Made by a program: the position numbers and the translations under genes. A DNA stretch of 64,000 bases from Mobula hypostoma (Eukaryota). The stretch is from positions 103,232,001-103,296,000 of the forward strand of contig NC_086107.1 of assembly GCF_963921235.1 (NCBI RefSeq). The letters run 5' to 3'. Below the pieces are notes generated by a model. That model was not told the DNA's origin. It was given only the letters and a program-made list of their open reading frames with translations, and did no database searches. Shown here one piece after another: positions 1-13,625 of the stretch (its first letter is position 1; each line of letters opens with the position of its first letter).

Positions 1-1473
1 CCTAACCTGTAGGTTTTTGGAATGAGGGATGAAACGGGAGCACCCGGAGGAAACCCATGCAGTCCCAACCACTGAGCACATCTACATGAAACACTGTCGC
101 AGGAAAGCAGCATCCATCATCAGAGATCCTCACCACCCAGGCCGTGCTCTTTTCTCGCTGCTGCCATCAGGTAGAAGGTACAAGAGCCTCAGGACTCGTA
201 ACACCAGGTTCAGGAACAGTTACTACCCCTCAACCGTCAGGCTCTTGACCATAAGGGGATAACTACACTCACCTATTGAGATGTTCCCACAACCAATGAT
301 CTCACTTTAAGGACTCTTTACCTTGTTATTTCATGTTCTCATTATTTATTGCTGTTTATTTATATTTGCACTTGCACAGTTTGTTGTCTTCTGTGCTCTA
401 CTTGATCTTTCATTGATCCTGTTTACAGTTACTATTCTATAGATTTGCTGAGTGTGCCCACAGGAAAAAGAATCCCTGGGTTGTAATTGTACTCTGATAT
501 TAAAGTTTACTTTGAACATGGAAAACGTGCAAACTTCTTACAGGCAGTGGCAGGAATTGAACCCTGGTCACTGACCACTGGCGTGCAAAGCGTTATGCCA
601 GCCGCTACGTGAGCATGTCGCCCTCACTATCCTCCACTCACTGCATTTTTCTTGAGAAATTATTCTGCTTTTGCAGGAGGGCAGTTTTAGCAGTAACGCG
701 AAGGCAACGAGAGGCCAGGCAAGCATCTCTACTGCCTGACCAAAGCATTGTTTCCAAATGCAACCAGTCAAATCTTCTTTCTCTTTCCAGAGCTTTTCCG
801 TACTCCGTCAATGGCTCCCTTGTGTCTTCTGTTTCACAATGATGACTAACAACGATGTTGCTTTTAACAGGATGTGACTTTGTGTGTCAACAGTGACCAT
901 GACAAGAGAGCTTCATCTGGATCCTGGGCTGTCACACTTTTTCAAGTTCTGTATACTATCACACTCTATACCCTGCCTCTATGCTAATCTTTTATCTCTT
1001 GCTTTCATTTTCTCCCTCTTTCACTGGGGCTTTTATTAGATTTATTTCTTTCTAGATTCAACTTTATTGTCATTGTGCCGAGCACAGATACAAAGCCAAT
1101 GAAATGCATTTAGCATCTGCCCAGAAATGCAAAGAATAGTGTTATTTACAAAATAACTGTGAATAAAAAAAGTGGTACAGCACACAAATATAGAGCTGCT
1201 ACCTCACACTCCAGTGACTCAGGTTGGATCCTGACCCTGGGTGCTGTGTGTAGTTTGCATGTTTTCATCTGCCTGTTTAAGTTTCCTCTGGGTGCTCTTT
1301 CCTCCTACAACCCAAAGAAATGTAAATATTTATGTTCGTTGATTGTTGTAAGTTGTCACGAGTGTGCAGATGAGTGGTGGAATATAGGGGAAGTTGATGC
1401 GTTTGACTTGGGGAGAAAAAGTGGAATTAATAGATGGTTCATAGAGGTCTTTAGGGTTTGATTCCTTGCTGAA

Positions 1474-1603
1474 TCTCTCTCTCTCTCGCTCTCTCTCTCT
1501 CTCTATCTGTCTCTGTCTGCCTGTCTGTCTCTCTGTCTCTCTTTCCCTCTGTCTGTCTCTCTCTCTCTTTTTTTCTATCTCTGTCAGTCTTTCTCTGTCT
1601 CTC

Positions 1604-1643
<40 letters not shown>

Positions 1644-1685
1644 TCTCTGTCTCTTTGCCTCTCTGCGTCTCCGTGTCTCTTTCCC
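1474..1685. repeat. (CT)n/(GT)n microsatellite
   Basis: Directly visible. Confidence 0.92.
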
Positions 1686-2304
1686 TTTACATTAATATTT
1701 ATTTATATGTAAATGTGTTTATTTATATATATTATAGTCTTTTCATCCATTGGGCACAGGTTATTTGTCTTCTTGGTCTCAGAAACCATCTGTGTTTAAA
1801 AATGACAACCCAACTCAGTGACCTTCTGCTATAGCGAAGCCATCTGAATATCTGGTGTCACGAGAGAGACTGCGGATGCTGGAAACCTTGGAAATTGTGT
1901 GCACTGCTCTGAATATCTGATGTGTGCAGCTAATCTTAGCATTGGCTTTGGAGAGTTGCAGAGATGCACAGCACGGAAAGCAGGCTTTAATCAGAATCAG
2001 GTTTATTACCACTAATGTGTTGTTTGCAGCAGTACTGCAGTGCAAGGCGCAAAAATTACTAAAGGTTAATGAAAATTAACAAACAGCTAGTGGAAAAAAG
2101 CAACAGTGAGGTTGGGTTCATAGACCATTTTGAAATCTGTGGCAGAAGGGAAGATGCTGTACCTCAAACGCTGAGTGTGGGTCTTCAGGCTCCTGCACCT
2201 CCTACCCAATGGTAGCAATGAGAAGAAAGCATGAACCAAATGGTGATGTTCCTCAGTGATTGATCATTCCTTCTTGAGATCTTATAGAAACATGTGAAAT
2301 GGAT

Positions 2305-2933
2305 AAGATAGAAACATAGAAAACCTACAGCCTAATACAGGCCTTTCAGCCCACAAAGCTGTGCCAAACATATCCTTACTTTAGAAATTACCTCGGGTTC
2401 CCCACAGCCCTCTATTTTTCTAAGGTCCATGTACCTATCCAGGAGTTTCTTAAAAGACCCTATTGTATCTAACTCCACCACCGTCGCCGGCAGCCCATTC
2501 CACACACTCACCACTCTCTGCGTATATAAAGAAAAACTTGCCCTTGACATCTCCTCTGTACCTACTTCCAGGCACCTTAAAACTGTGCCCTCTCGTGTTA
2601 GCCATTTCAATCCGGGGAAAAAAGCCTCTGACTATCCACACGATCAATGCCTCTCAGCATCTTATACACCTCTATCAGGTCACCTCTCATCCTCCGTCGC
2701 TCCAAGGAGAAAAGGCTGAGTTCACTCAACCTATTCTCATAAGGCATGCTCTCCAATCCAGGCAACGTCCTTCTAAATCTCCTCTGCACCCTTTCTATAG
2801 TTTCCACATCCTTCCTGTACTGAGGCGACCAAAACTAAGCACAGTACTCCAAGTGGGGTCTGACCAGAGTACTATATAGCTGTAACATTTCCTCTCAGCT
2901 CTTAAACTCAATCCCACAGTTGATGAAGGCCAA
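2305..2933 (-). mobile_element. CR1 LINE 3' fragment
   Basis: IERVQRRFRRTLPGLESMPYENRLSELSLFSLERRRMRGDLIEVYKML..TQRVVSVWNGLP; (ttctat)-type tail. Confidence 0.88.
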
Positions 2934-2934
2934 G

Positions 2935-3280
2935 ACAGAGGCAGGAAAGTTGTTTCCACAGGTGGGTGAGTCTAGAACCAGGGGTAATGAGCTCAAGATT
3001 CAGGGGAGTAGATTTAGGACGGAGATGAGGAGGAACTGCGTTTCCCAGAGGGTGGTGAATCTGTGGAATTCTCTGCCCAATGAAGCAGTGGAGGCTACCT
3101 CAGTAAATATATTTAAGACAAGGTTGGATAGATTTTTGCATAGTAGGGGAATTGAGGGTTATGGGGAAAAGGCAGGCAGGTGGAGACGAGCCCATGGTCA
3201 GATCAGCCATGATCTTATTGAATGGTGGAGCAGGCTCGATGGGCCAGATGGCTGACTCCTGCTCTTATTTCTTATGTTGT
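2935..3280 (+). mobile_element. CR1 LINE 3' fragment (second subfamily)
   Basis: KLFPQVGESRTRG..FRTEMRRNCVSQRVVNLWNSLP..FKTRLDRFL, plus 3' UTR ending ctcctgctcttatttcttatg. Confidence 0.85.
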
Positions 3281-6200
3281 TGAGACATGACTTTTTAACG
3301 TCCTTGATGGTGGTGAGGGCTGTGCCTGTGATGGATCTGACTGAGTCTACAGCCCTTTACATTCTCTTTTGGCCCTCTGCATTGGAGTCTCTGGACCAGC
3401 CAGTCAGAATGCTCTCCTCTGTACATCTGTAGTAATTTGCTAGAGTCTTTGGTGACACACCAAACCTCCGCAAACTCCCAATGAAGCGTAGCCCCTGGTG
3501 CGCCTTCTTCATGATTGCATCAATATATTGGCCCCAAGACAGATCTTCTCTGATGTAAAGGCAGGAACAACAGAGTGGTCACTCCGCTCAGACCCTGGAA
3601 CCTCATTGCTTGTCAGCTGGAGACTGGAATCAAATCCTCATTCACTTGGCTGTCTGGAGTGATGGTGGTGGTGGGGGTGTGGAGAAGATCAGGTCACAGC
3701 AGATTACTAAGAGACAAAGTCTCACTCCGAGCATCACGTTATTTAAAAAAAAATACTTCAATCAAATGATGGAAACTGGTATCCGAAAGATGGCACATTG
3801 ATGGTTAATCAAAAACGCAAGAATCAAGAAGCAGGAATAGGCATTCTAGCCCTTTGAATTACTCGCCCATTCATTAATGTCATGGCTGTTCCCTAGCTCT
3901 GCTCTAACCCTATATCTCTTGGTTTCTGTAGAGTCCAGAACTTTTTCAATCTGTATTATGATGACTCAGTCTCCACAGACCTTCAACACAGAGAATTCCG
4001 AAGTTTGGCATCCTCTGAGCAAAGAAGTTCATCCTCGTATCACTTCTAAACAGCCTACCCCTCATTCTGAAACTGCCTCCCTGGCCTTCGACTCCTCAGC
4101 CAGCAGAAATGACTTCACTACATCTAACCTGTGAGTTTCGCTGAGAAGCCCCTTGTGCTTCTAAGTTCTAAAGAATACTGGCTTGGCCTGTTCTATCTCT
4201 CCCCAGCTGTCAAACCCAACAGCCCTGGAGCCCATCAAATTGAATCCTCACTTTTTCTTTGGCAAGGATATCCTTCCTTAAATAAGAGGAACCACAAGTC
4301 TCCGGGTGTGGTCTCATCGAGGCCTGACACAATTGCAATAAAACTCCTAAATTCAAATCTTACTGTGATAAAAGTTTGCCCTCCTCATTATTTAATTCAT
4401 ATCAGCCTTCAGTGAGCCGTGTGGAAGCACAGTCAGGCCTCTTCAACCATCATTTTCACCTCTTAACAAATACTCTGCAAATAAACAAACTAAATAATTT
4501 AATTTTTATCCCCACTCTGTATTTCATTTGATGAAGGGTTTTAGCTGTTTATTCCTCTCCATAGATGCTGCCTGACCAGCTGAGTTCCTCCAGCACTTTG
4601 TGTGTGTGTGTGTGTGTGTGTTGCTCTTGTACTGCGTCAGCCATGTTCTCACCAACACACACACCCTGTCCTCCCTCCCCTTGATGCCTCTTCGCATCCT
4701 ACTCTGTACTCACCATCCTGTTCAGTTTGGTGCTGTCGGCAAACTTTGAAAAAAAAAGACGTTTAAATCCCCTCGGCCAAATCGTTGTTAGAGACTGGGA
4801 ATGGCTGGAGACCAAGCACACAACCCCACAAGTCAGAGGCTTCAAAACTGTGAAGCATCCCTTTTTCTTAATAATATTTGCTTTCTAGTAGCCATTTCTC
4901 ACCTCATGTCAGTATTATCCCCAATTCCACGCACTGTATAACTTTGTTGAATGACTTCCTCTGTGGGGGGTCTTATTGAACACCTTCCAAAAATCCAATA
5001 CACTCACTGGTTCTCTCTCATCTACTGAGACATCCTCCAAAAAATTCGACTACATTAGTCAAACATGACTTTCCCTCCATAAATCCTGCTGTGTGTGTTT
5101 TTAGTCCCCTTGTTCTTACTTTGTTAAAAAGCACTTCTCCTGTTACAAACATTAGCCTAGCAAGTTAGCAGTTTCTTGCTTTCTCACTTCCTGCCTTCTT
5201 CAATAACGTGGTCACATTTGCAACACTCTGCAAATTCCTGTCTGAGATCAGATCTGATCCACAATAGAACAGGAAAGCCTCCGAATCTGGATGGGATAGG
5301 TTGAAAGTAAGGGGTAAGGGGTTAGGGGTAGAGGTAGAGAGGGAGAGAGTGATAGAGGTAGAGAGAGAGAGCGAGAGAGAGAGAGCGAACTTTGTTGACT
5401 AAGAGAGAGTGGTTGGAATCTAAATTCACTGATCAAAGGGGGGCTGGAGGCAGAGGTTCACAGAACATTAAACTTTGGTGAAATCATCAATGCATACAGA
5501 CCAGGTGCTGGCAAATGTAATGGGCTGTTGATGGGCACGGTTGGCCAAAGGACCCAATTCTGTCTTGTGCAAGATCCCACAATGTAGAGAAGTGGCAACG
5601 AACAGATTATCTATTTAGAAACAGGTTTAATATCACTGGCATATGTCATGAAATTTGTTAACTTTGTGGCAGCAGTACATTGCAATACATAATAATACGA
5701 AAATAACCTGTGAATTACAGTGTGTGTATATATATATATATTTATACACACACACACATACCCACATATATACATATATATAAAATGTGTGTGTGTAAAT
5801 AAATAGTGCCAAAAATAGAAATTAAAAAAGTAGTGAGGTAGTGTTCATGGATGGGTTCAATGTCCATTCAGAAATCGGATGGCAGAGGGGAATAAGGTGT
5901 TCCTAAATTGTTGAGTTGAGTGTGTGCCTTCCGGCTCCTGTACCTCTTTCCTGATGGCCGTAATGAGGACAGGGCATGTCCTGGGTGTTGGGGATCCTTC
6001 ACAATGGACGCCGCTCCTTGAGGGTGTCCTGGATACTACAGAGGCTAGTGCCCATGATGGAGTTGACTAATTTTGCAACTCTCTGCAGCTTATTTAGATC
6101 CTGTGCAGATAAATATGTACTTCTTTAAAAGGGTGCCCAGGAGCATCTGAAAGGGAAAAGGTGGAGTTGCCTCAGTCAGTCGAGATCACGGAGCACGATC

Positions 6201-6483
6201 TCCGCTGCCCTGCAGAACTTCAGGCTGGATAAGAACTGGGACTTCATGACCGTGGTGCCAACGTGCCTGACTGAGCCTCAGCTGACAGCTGGGCCGTGCC
6301 TTCAAACCACAACCTCTGAGATACATGTTGAAGATCCAATTCATGTCTCAGTAACAGGTATACCCCAGCTAGGGGCCCTATTCTTGTTATGGCCGTCAAA
6401 TTCTTTCCTGTATCTTGGTATGACGTGATCTACATAATCACAGCTCCAGTGAATCAGAATGTGACAACAGGAATGCCAAACTA

Positions 6484-7221
6484 CACTCAGTGACCACTTT
6501 ATTATTCTTAAGTTATTTATTGTGTTATTTACAATGACCAATTAACCAACTAACCAGTACATAGTTGGACTGTAGGAGGAAACTGGAGCCTCAGAAGGAA
6601 ACCCTCATAGTCACGGAGAGAACGTTCAAACTCCTTGCAGGCAGTGACAGGAATTGAACCGGGGTTGCCTGTACTGTAAAGCTTTGTGCTAACTACTGTG
6701 CCATTCCAGTTAGGAACAGGATTGGAGCCCAGTGTGGTCTCCTGCTGCTGTAGTCCACTTCAGGGTTCAGTTGAACCTCGTGCATTCAGAGATGCTCGTC
6801 TGCACACCACTGAGGTAATGCATGGTTATTTGAGTTACTGTCGCCTTCCTGTCGGCTTGAACCAGTCCGGCCATTCTCCTCTGACCTCTCTCATTAACAA
6901 AGCATTTTCACCCACAAAACTGCCGCTACTGGATGGTTTTTGTTTTCACACCATATTCTGTACTCTCTAGAGACTATTGTGTGTGAAAATCCCAGATCAG
7001 CAGTTTCTGAGATACTCAAACCCAGTCTGGCATCAACAATCATTCCACAGTCAAAATCACTTAGATCACATTTATTCCCTAATCTGATGTCTGGTCTGAA
7101 CAACAACTGAACCTCTTGACCATGCCCGCATGCTTTTATGCATTAACTTTCAGCCACATGATTGGCTGATTAGATATTTGCATTAACAACCAGGTGTACC
7201 TAATTAGGTGACTACTGAATG
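6484..7221 (-). mobile_element. Tc1/mariner DNA transposon, internally deleted, with nested SINE (about 6510-6705)
   Basis: TA|cactcagtgaccactttatta ... taattaggtgactactgaatg|TA gives imperfect TIRs with a TA TSD. ORF 6894-7106 encodes a Tc1 paired-like HTH (DLSDFDCGMIVDARLGLSISETADLGFSHTIVSREYR). Confidence 0.85.
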
Positions 7222-7919
7222 TAGTTTGAACGAGAAATGGAAGTGGTTTATTATCGTCATGTATACCTGTAATGTTGATTCAGGTTCGTGGGTCTGGCAA
7301 GTGAGACAGGAAATGCACTGACTTCGAATTTGTGTATGTTAATCATTTGTTTACAACCAGTAAAAATTCAACCAAACATTCATGTTCCCCAAGTTTAGGA
7401 CACTACAAAGCTGCATATTCGACAAGCATACTTAGCTAAAAGCGCACACGGAGCATACCTTCCCAATGGTCATGTGCACCACTTGCCTGAAAACAAAGGG
7501 AGAGAGACAGAACCTTCCACACATGCTCCCTATATACCCAAGATATTTGAATCTGGACACTAGCCAGTTAACCAATGGGAAAAGCAGCTGTGGTGTCTAA
7601 ACTAAGAAATCACAACGGAAGCAACTTCCGACACACAGTAAGCCACGCCCCCCTCACAGGACAGTACCAAGATACAGTGAAAGACTCACCTTGCATATTG
7701 TTCAGGTAGATCAATTTATTACCCTGTGCATTGAGGTAGACGATTCAAGATTTGGGTTCAGATTTATTTATCACATGTGCATCAGAACGTACAGTGAAAT
7801 GTGTTGTTTGTGTCAACAACCAACACGCCCAAGGATGTGGCGGGGCCAGCCCGCAAGGGTGGCCTCACATCCTAGTGCCAACAAAGCATTACCCACAATG
7901 CTCAGCAGAACAACACGAA

Positions 7920-8515
7920 CATGAATCACGAACGGTTGGTTTGCAGGTGCAGCAGGCTATCAAAAAGGCAAATGGGATGTTGGCCTTCATTGCTAGAGGG
8001 ATTGAATTTAAGAGCAGGGGGTTTCTGCTGCAACTTCTACAGGCTACTGGTGAGATGATTCCAGAGATGAGGAGAGACTGAGTTGCCTGGAACTGTCCTC
8101 GCCGGAATTCAGAAGGATGAGAGGAGATCTTATGGAGACATATACAATTCTGAAAGAGATAGATAAGATAGAAGCAGGAAAGTTGTTTCCACTGGTAGGT
8201 GAGACTAGAATTAGGGACATAGCCTCAAGATTTGGGGAGTAAATTTAGGACAGAGATGAGGAGGAACTGCTTTTCCCAAAGAGTGGTGAATCTGTGGAAT
8301 TCTTTGCCCAATGAAGCAGGGGAGGCTACCTCAGTAAATATACTTAAGACAAGGTTGGATAGATTTTTGCATAGTAAGGGAAATAATGGTTATGGGGAAA
8401 AGGCAGGTAGGTGGAGATGAGTCCATGGCCAGATCAGCCATGATCTTATTGAATGGCGGGGCGGGCTCGACGGGCCAGATGGCCGACTCCTGCTCCTACT
8501 TCTTACGTTCTTATA
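7920..8515 (+). mobile_element. CR1 LINE 3' fragment
   Basis: QVQQAIKKANGMLAFIARGIEFKSR..RRNCFSQRVVNLWNSLP, plus 3' UTR. Confidence 0.85.
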
Positions 8516-8901
8516 ACAAGCAACAAAACAACAACAGCGAAACAAGCCCCCTGTCCTCTCTCCCACACACCCACCCACCCACATACACAGTCCTTCACCC
8601 CCAGGGCAAATAAAAGAATAACACAATGCAAAAAGGAGTGCAAAAGCTACGGAGAAAGGGAAGAGCAGACAGGCAGTCAGGTGCAAACATTTTGATGAGG
8701 TGGTTTGTGAGGTCCAAGGGTCCATCTTGTCCAGGGAACCATTCAATATTTGTATAGAAGCTGCTTTTGAGTCTGGTGGTACAGGATGAGCTTTTAGGCT
8801 TTTGTGTCTTCTGCCCGAAGGGAGAGGGGAGAAGATGGAACGTTCGGAGTGGGTGAGGTCTTTGATAGGGTTTTAGCACAGCCTCTTCATCTCATCCAGC
8901 A

Positions 8902-9565
8902 TATACTTTATACTTTATTTTCGCCAAACAATTGATACTAGAACGTACAATCATCACAGCGATATTTGATTCTGTGCTTCGCACTCCCTGGAGTACAAAT
9001 TGATAGTAAATAGTAAAAATTTAAATTATAAATCATAAATAGAAAAGGGAAAGTAAGGTAGTGCAAAAAAAACCGAGAGGCAGGTCCGGATATTTGGAGG
9101 GTACGGCCCAGATCCTGGTCAGGATCCATTCAGCAGTCTTATCACAGTTGGAAAGAAGCTGTTCCTAAATCTGGCCGTACAAGTCTTCAATCTCCTGAGC
9201 CTTCTCCCGGAGGGAAGAGGGACGAAAAGTGTGTTGGCTGGGTGGGTTGTGTCCTTGATTATCCTGGCAGCACTGCTCTGACAGCGTGCGGTGTAAAGTG
9301 AGTCTACAGACGGAAGATTGGTTTGTGTGATGTGCTGGGCCGTGTTCACGATCTTCTGCAGCTTCTTTCAGTCTTGGACAGGACAACTTCCATACCAGGT
9401 TGTGATGCACCCTAGAAGAATGCTTTCTATGGTGCATCTATAAAAATTAGTGAGGGTTTTAGGGGACAGGCCAAATTTCTTTAGCTTTCTCAGGAAGTAA
9501 AGGCGCTGGTGGGCCTTCTTGGCAGTGGACTCTGCTTGGTTGGACCAATTCAGGTCATTTGTGAT
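8902..9565 (-). mobile_element. Rex1/Babar-clade LINE 3' fragment
   Basis: ORF 9119-9349 (TAQHITQTNLPSVDSLYTARC..IIKDTTHPANTLFVPLPSGRRLR) is a Rex1-type RT C-terminus; tail (aaagtat)n. Confidence 0.8.
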
Positions 9566-10962
9566 TTGTCATTTGTTATACTGATTATCAGCTCCTAATA
9601 ATAATACTTTGACACTAATCCCACTTTCTCTCCCCCCAACACACACTTACCCATTAACCCCTGAGTCTGTCACTCACCTACATGCTGAGGACGATTTGCA
9701 CTGGACGAATGGCTAACCAAATCCACATCTTTGGGATGTGGGAGGAATCCAGAGCACCCAGTACTATAGAGAAAACGTACGAGCTCCTTGCAGATGGCAG
9801 TGGAATCGAATCTAGATCCCGGCACCGTAACAGCGTTACGCTAACCGCTACACAGCCGCGCCACCCCGTAATGTATGCGTCATGTGCCAGTGAGAGAATG
9901 TGGCTGTTGTAGTAGACAAACTCGTCCTCCGCTCCATGTTGACAAATTCAGTCCTGTGTAAAAGTCTTAGGCACCCTCGTTATATACAGACTCGAGAGGT
10001 ACTGCGGAATGCTGGAAGTCTAGAGCAGTACACACAATGTGCTGGAGGAGCTCAGCAGGCCAGGGAGCATCTATGGACAGGAATAAGCAGGCAATGTTTT
10101 GGGTCCAGACCCTTCATCAGGATGTGTGTTTGTGTTTCTATATATATATATATTTCTCTCCCTTCTCTCCCTCTCTCCCTCACTCCCTCACTCCCTCCCT
10201 CTGTCTCTCCCTCTCTCTCTCTCTCTATCTCTCCCTCCCTCCCTCCCTGTTTCTTCTTCTCTCTCCCCCCCCCCAAGACTTCGACACAGTACTGTATACT
10301 GGAGGGTCGGAGGAGGTGAGGTGAATTGCATTAGTGGTGAAGTGGGTCCTCCCCAGCTTATGAACACTGACTAATATACAGTCCGTATAGACAAACACAC
10401 ACCTGGGAGAGCGGTGGGGGTGAACGTATTTGCCGCCCGCTGTGGGACGGCAGGAATTTTCAGCTGGGTGGGAACTCAGTTCGCGGCCCCACTTCTGATT
10501 TGAAACTGCTCCAGTTCTGGAGATTTCTCAGGAAAGGAACCTTGCTATCATCCGGGGAGGATCTGTACATGGGAATGATTGGAAGACAGGACAGCTCTGA
10601 GAGCCAGCACAGATATGATTATATCCCTTCTGAGTCAAACGGAAGTGTGGATAACAGAATCCTCATCCTAAACCCATTAGTATGGTGGCCTCTGGCCAAC
10701 TGTACCACGGCTTCCAGTAGGAGTAACTGAGAGTATTTTATTTCATTTTTCACTTCTTTCATCATGTGGTAGCTCCGATTCATGGCGACAACACTCCCCC
10801 ATGTTTAACTGCTTGCCGGTCACCTCACTGTACCGTCCAGAAGCAGACAACGATTGTTCTACAGGCATTCCTGGACAGCTGCTGACACTCAGTTGCTCTG
10901 CCTGTCTAACGTGGTGTTTAGGGTTCACCACAGTTTCTAGGCAAGTATATCTTCCCTTCATA

Positions 10963-11098
10963 AACAAGAGAAAATCTGCAGATGCTGGAAATCGAAAGCA
11001 ACACACACAAAATGCTGGAGGAACTCAGCAGGCCAGGCAGCATCTATGGAAAAGAGTAAACAGTCAACGTTTCAGGCCGAGACCCTTCATCAGGACTG
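10963..11098 (-). mobile_element. Penelope-like element terminal repeat (pLTR) fragment
   Basis: Recurring motif gatgctgcctggcctgctgagttcctccagcattttgtgtgtgttgc...ccagcatctgcaga lies next to the hammerhead motif. The same unit is attached to Penelope endonuclease tails at 35980-36530 and 42150-42690. Confidence 0.7.
11061..11098 (-). ncRNA. Minimal type-I hammerhead ribozyme motif within a Penelope-derived element
   Basis: The - strand reads CAGUC-CUGAUGA-AGGGUCUCGGCCU-GAAAC-GUU-GACUG: stem I CAGUC/GACUG, core CUGAUGA...GAAA, short stem II, palindromic ACGU mini stem III, NUH site GUU. Confidence 0.7.
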
Positions 11099-12861
11099 GC
11101 TTTTGTCCCTTCATTTCTCTTTGAACCTCTCATAAAATATTGGAACTGTGGGAACAAAAGGTGATGGCTCAAAAAGACGGCATCCATCGTCCACGAGGTG
11201 CCCCCTTCTCATGACGCCTATTTGGGGGGGGGAGGGAGGTAGAAGAGCCTGAAGACCCTCATTCAATGTTTTAGGAACAGGTTCTCCTTCTCTGCCATCA
11301 GCATCAGATTTCCCCTCTGCCACGAACACCACCTCCCAATCCCACTCTGACAGTAACTACACATCTACCTGCCTGGGCCGGTGGTGTAGTGGTACCTGCA
11401 ACCGGGCTACAGAACAAAAGGTCCCGAGTTCGAATTCAGCCAGCTCCTTGCACGCTTTCCATCCGTGCTGGGCCGAGTGGCGAGCTGGCAACTTGGCCCA
11501 GTCATGCTAAAGAAATGGCAAGATTGCTGCCTGATGCAGCTCAAGGTGTGGGGAGGAGCTTGTTCACCTACCTATTTAACTATCAATCCATTACTATCGA
11601 TCTGTACTTTGTTTGTAACGCTATAGCAATCTTCTATGTCCTGCATTGCACTACTTCCACAAAGCAACAAATTTCACAGCATACGCCCGCGTTAATAAGC
11701 CTGATTCAGGTTCTGGGCACTGTTTCTCCCGGCTGGATTAGACTTTGGTAGGAAGGGCTGCTTTTGCACTTGGAATATCATCTCCAGGAGCTCGTCCACT
11801 GAGAACTGCCAACTTTGACGTGTTAAGAAGCCTGTGATGCAGTGAAACTAATGACCGTCCCAACGTGTCCAGTTTTCCCTGTGTGACGCACACATAATGA
11901 GCAACCCAGGGATGTTAGAGAGCAGGAGGTAACTTATTGGGGATTTGGTTATATTGTGTAACATAGTGAGAGCAAAGGTCGAGCCACTTATCAACGTCAT
12001 TGGAGACTCTGCTCTGGTATGTCCTTGAACCGTGGGTTATTCCTGTTTTATTTAATTCCCCTGTTCTCTGCCTGCACATTGCAAGCTCACGGTGATTTCT
12101 GCTTCTTCATAATAGCTGCTTCTGTCGTCACCTTCTCGAGACGCTGAAGGTCAGTCAACCTTTTGAGTCTTAGAATCTATAGAGCACTGAAACAGGCCCT
12201 TCGGCCCAGCAGGTCAATGCTGCCCATTCAACGGTTCGAAGCATGTATTCCGATACAACTCCGAAATTCGTCTTCTCCAGATAGCCATGAAACAAAGAAA
12301 GAACATGAAAGTCGTTCAGAGAGAAACATCAAACCCACCCCACCCTCCTCCCCCCGATACAAAAAGGAACGGCTTTCTGATCATCAAAACACACACACAC
12401 ACAAAACAGGAAGAGAAACATTGACACCCAAAAAACAACCTCTTCCCCTCACAAAAAACTAACAGAACATCAGCCCCCAAACACCCCCCCCCACCATACA
12501 ACAAAATGGAAGAGGAACTGGTGATAAAAAAAACACAGAATATAAAATCTACGTCTGAAAAAAGTCCACAGTCCATAAACGCAATAGTCCAATCCATAAA
12601 TGCAGAATCACAATACCATACGATGATATCACCGACATTTATCGAAAGAGAAGGACAGCACATGAGGCAGTGAGGCCTACCTGCCTGCCACAGTGAGCCA
12701 CATAGTGATAGGCCTCTCACAGGCTCCTTCTCCTCTCTACATCAATCCCACTTACCCCCATTACGTCCACAGCCTTCCATGTCTTCCCATGTCCTCCCAC
12801 TTCCCAGAGATGGACGGATTAGTAGATTAATTGGTCACATGGATGTAATTTGGACCGGAAA

Positions 12862-13625
12862 GCATAAGAGCATAAGAAATGGGAGCAGGAGTCGGCCATC
12901 TGGCCCGTCGAGCCTGCTCCACCATTCAATAAGATCATGGCTGATCTGGCCATGGACTCATCTCCACCTGCCTGCCTTTTCCCCATAACCCTAAATTCCC
13001 CTACTATGCAAAAATCTATCCAACCTTGTCTTAAATAGGTAGCTTCTACTGCTTCAATGGGCAGAGAATTCTACAGATTCACCACTCTTTGGGAAAAGCA
13101 GTTCCTCCTCATCTCAACCTTAAATTTACTCCCCCAAATCTTGAGGCTATATCCCTAGTTCTAGACTCATCTACCAGTGGAAACAACTTTCGTGCCTTTA
13201 CCTTATCTATCCCTTCATAATTAAATGTTTCTATAAGATCTCTCATTCTTCTGAATTCCAGTGAGTACAGTCCCAGGCGATTCAATCTCTCCTCATAGTC
13301 TAAACCCCTCATCCCTGGAATCAACCTGGTGAACCTCCTCTGCACCACCTCCAAAGCTAATATATCCTTCCTCAAGTAGGGAGACCAGAACTGCACGCAG
13401 TACTCCAGGTGCAGTCTCACCAGTACCCTGTACAGTTGCAGCATAACCTCCCTGCTCTTAAATTCAATCCCTCTGGCAATGAAAGCCAACGTTCCACTTG
13501 CCTTCTTTTGACAGCCTGCTGCACCTGCAAACCAACCTTTTGTGATTCGTGCACAAGCTCTGCCAAGTCCCTCTGCACACCAGCATGCTGCAGTTTTGTT
13601 TTACCATTTAAAGAATGCTCTGATC
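12862..13625 (-). mobile_element. CR1 LINE 3' fragment
   Basis: ORF 13109-13489: AFIARGIEFKSREVMLQLYRVLVRLHLEYCVQFWSPYLRKDILALEVVQRRFTRLIPGM. Confidence 0.88.

Noticed and set aside
7660..7740. Strong - strand donor aag|gtgagt as an exon end
   Set aside because: It lies inside a recurrent LINE/SINE-tail repeat (gtaccaagatacagtgaaa...ttgcata), so it is most likely a chance site.
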